A stretch of 64,000 nt of DNA. It comes from Marine Group II euryarchaeote MED-G37. GTDB lineage: Archaea; Thermoplasmatota; Poseidoniia; Poseidoniales; Thalassarchaeaceae. The notes under the pieces were generated by a model, which saw only the letters and a list, made by a program, of their open reading frames with translations, searched no databases and was not told the origin of the DNA. The stretch is taken from the NCBI GenBank assembly GCA_002457555.1, contig NTJQ01000005.1, forward strand, positions 28,335-92,334. The letters run 5' to 3'. A program made the translations under genes and the position numbers. Positions 63,958 through 64,000 of the stretch are shown here, one piece after another; within the stretch, counting starts at the first letter, position 1; each line of letters starts with the position of its first letter.

Positions 63958-64000
63958 TTCGTTGGAATCAATTATTGCAAGTTGTCGAGATTATGCCACT

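Noticed and set aside
1-64000. CRISPR arrays, rRNA genes, insertion sequences, integrases or prophage signatures
   Set aside because: I scanned for regularly spaced direct repeats and for transposase/integrase-like ORFs, including around the three tRNA genes, and found none. All inter-gene gaps are 260 bp or shorter.

Overview
This reads as a dense archaeal chromosomal segment: about 56 protein-coding genes and 3 tRNAs (Trp-CCA, Ala-GGC, Arg-TCT). I saw no rRNA, CRISPR array, integrase or transposase. The archaeal call rests on an archaeosine tRNA-guanine transglycosylase with a PUA tail, a CTP-dependent riboflavin kinase, NadM-type NMN adenylyltransferase, primase PriS, ABCE1, a DRG GTPase, ribosomal protein eS31, a PGF-CTERM sorting signal and archaeal lipoboxes. 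The many acidic secreted proteins and peptide-uptake genes resemble marine planktonic Euryarchaeota (Marine Group II / Thermoplasmatota-like), but that is inference only. Content from start to end: a partial class I/II aminotransferase, an S8 subtilase, an intron-less tRNA-Trp, a large polytopic protein, DUF92 and a PrsW-type protease, eS31, a D-amino-acid-oxidase-like gene, a type II glutamine synthetase, an MFS exporter, a five-gene Opp/Dpp peptide ABC operon, a SprT-like/membrane-protein pair flanked by two tRNAs, tpiA and priS, a nucleotidyltransferase-helicase pair, sucCD, an HpnE/HpnC/HpnD-like triad, ABCE1, an orphan grpE, two secreted hydrolases, nadM with an unknown partner, DRG, tatC, an Atg22-like MFS, a degenerate GDPD, citrate synthase, DUF309, a hotdog thioesterase, kbl, a PqqB-like hydrolase, ribK, truA, a TPR protein, a Trp-rich unknown, a four-gene ABC-2 exporter, arcTGT and a fused aconitase X. 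The items I would look at first are the OppD ATPase interrupted by membrane-helix insertions, the HpnCDE-like squalene-route triad in an archaeal context, the translationally coupled sugar nucleotidyltransferase plus 935-aa SF2 helicase, the eukaryote-type GSII, and the GDPD-like protein with a displaced HRG motif. Everything is from reading the sequence and ORF track; no database searches were run.
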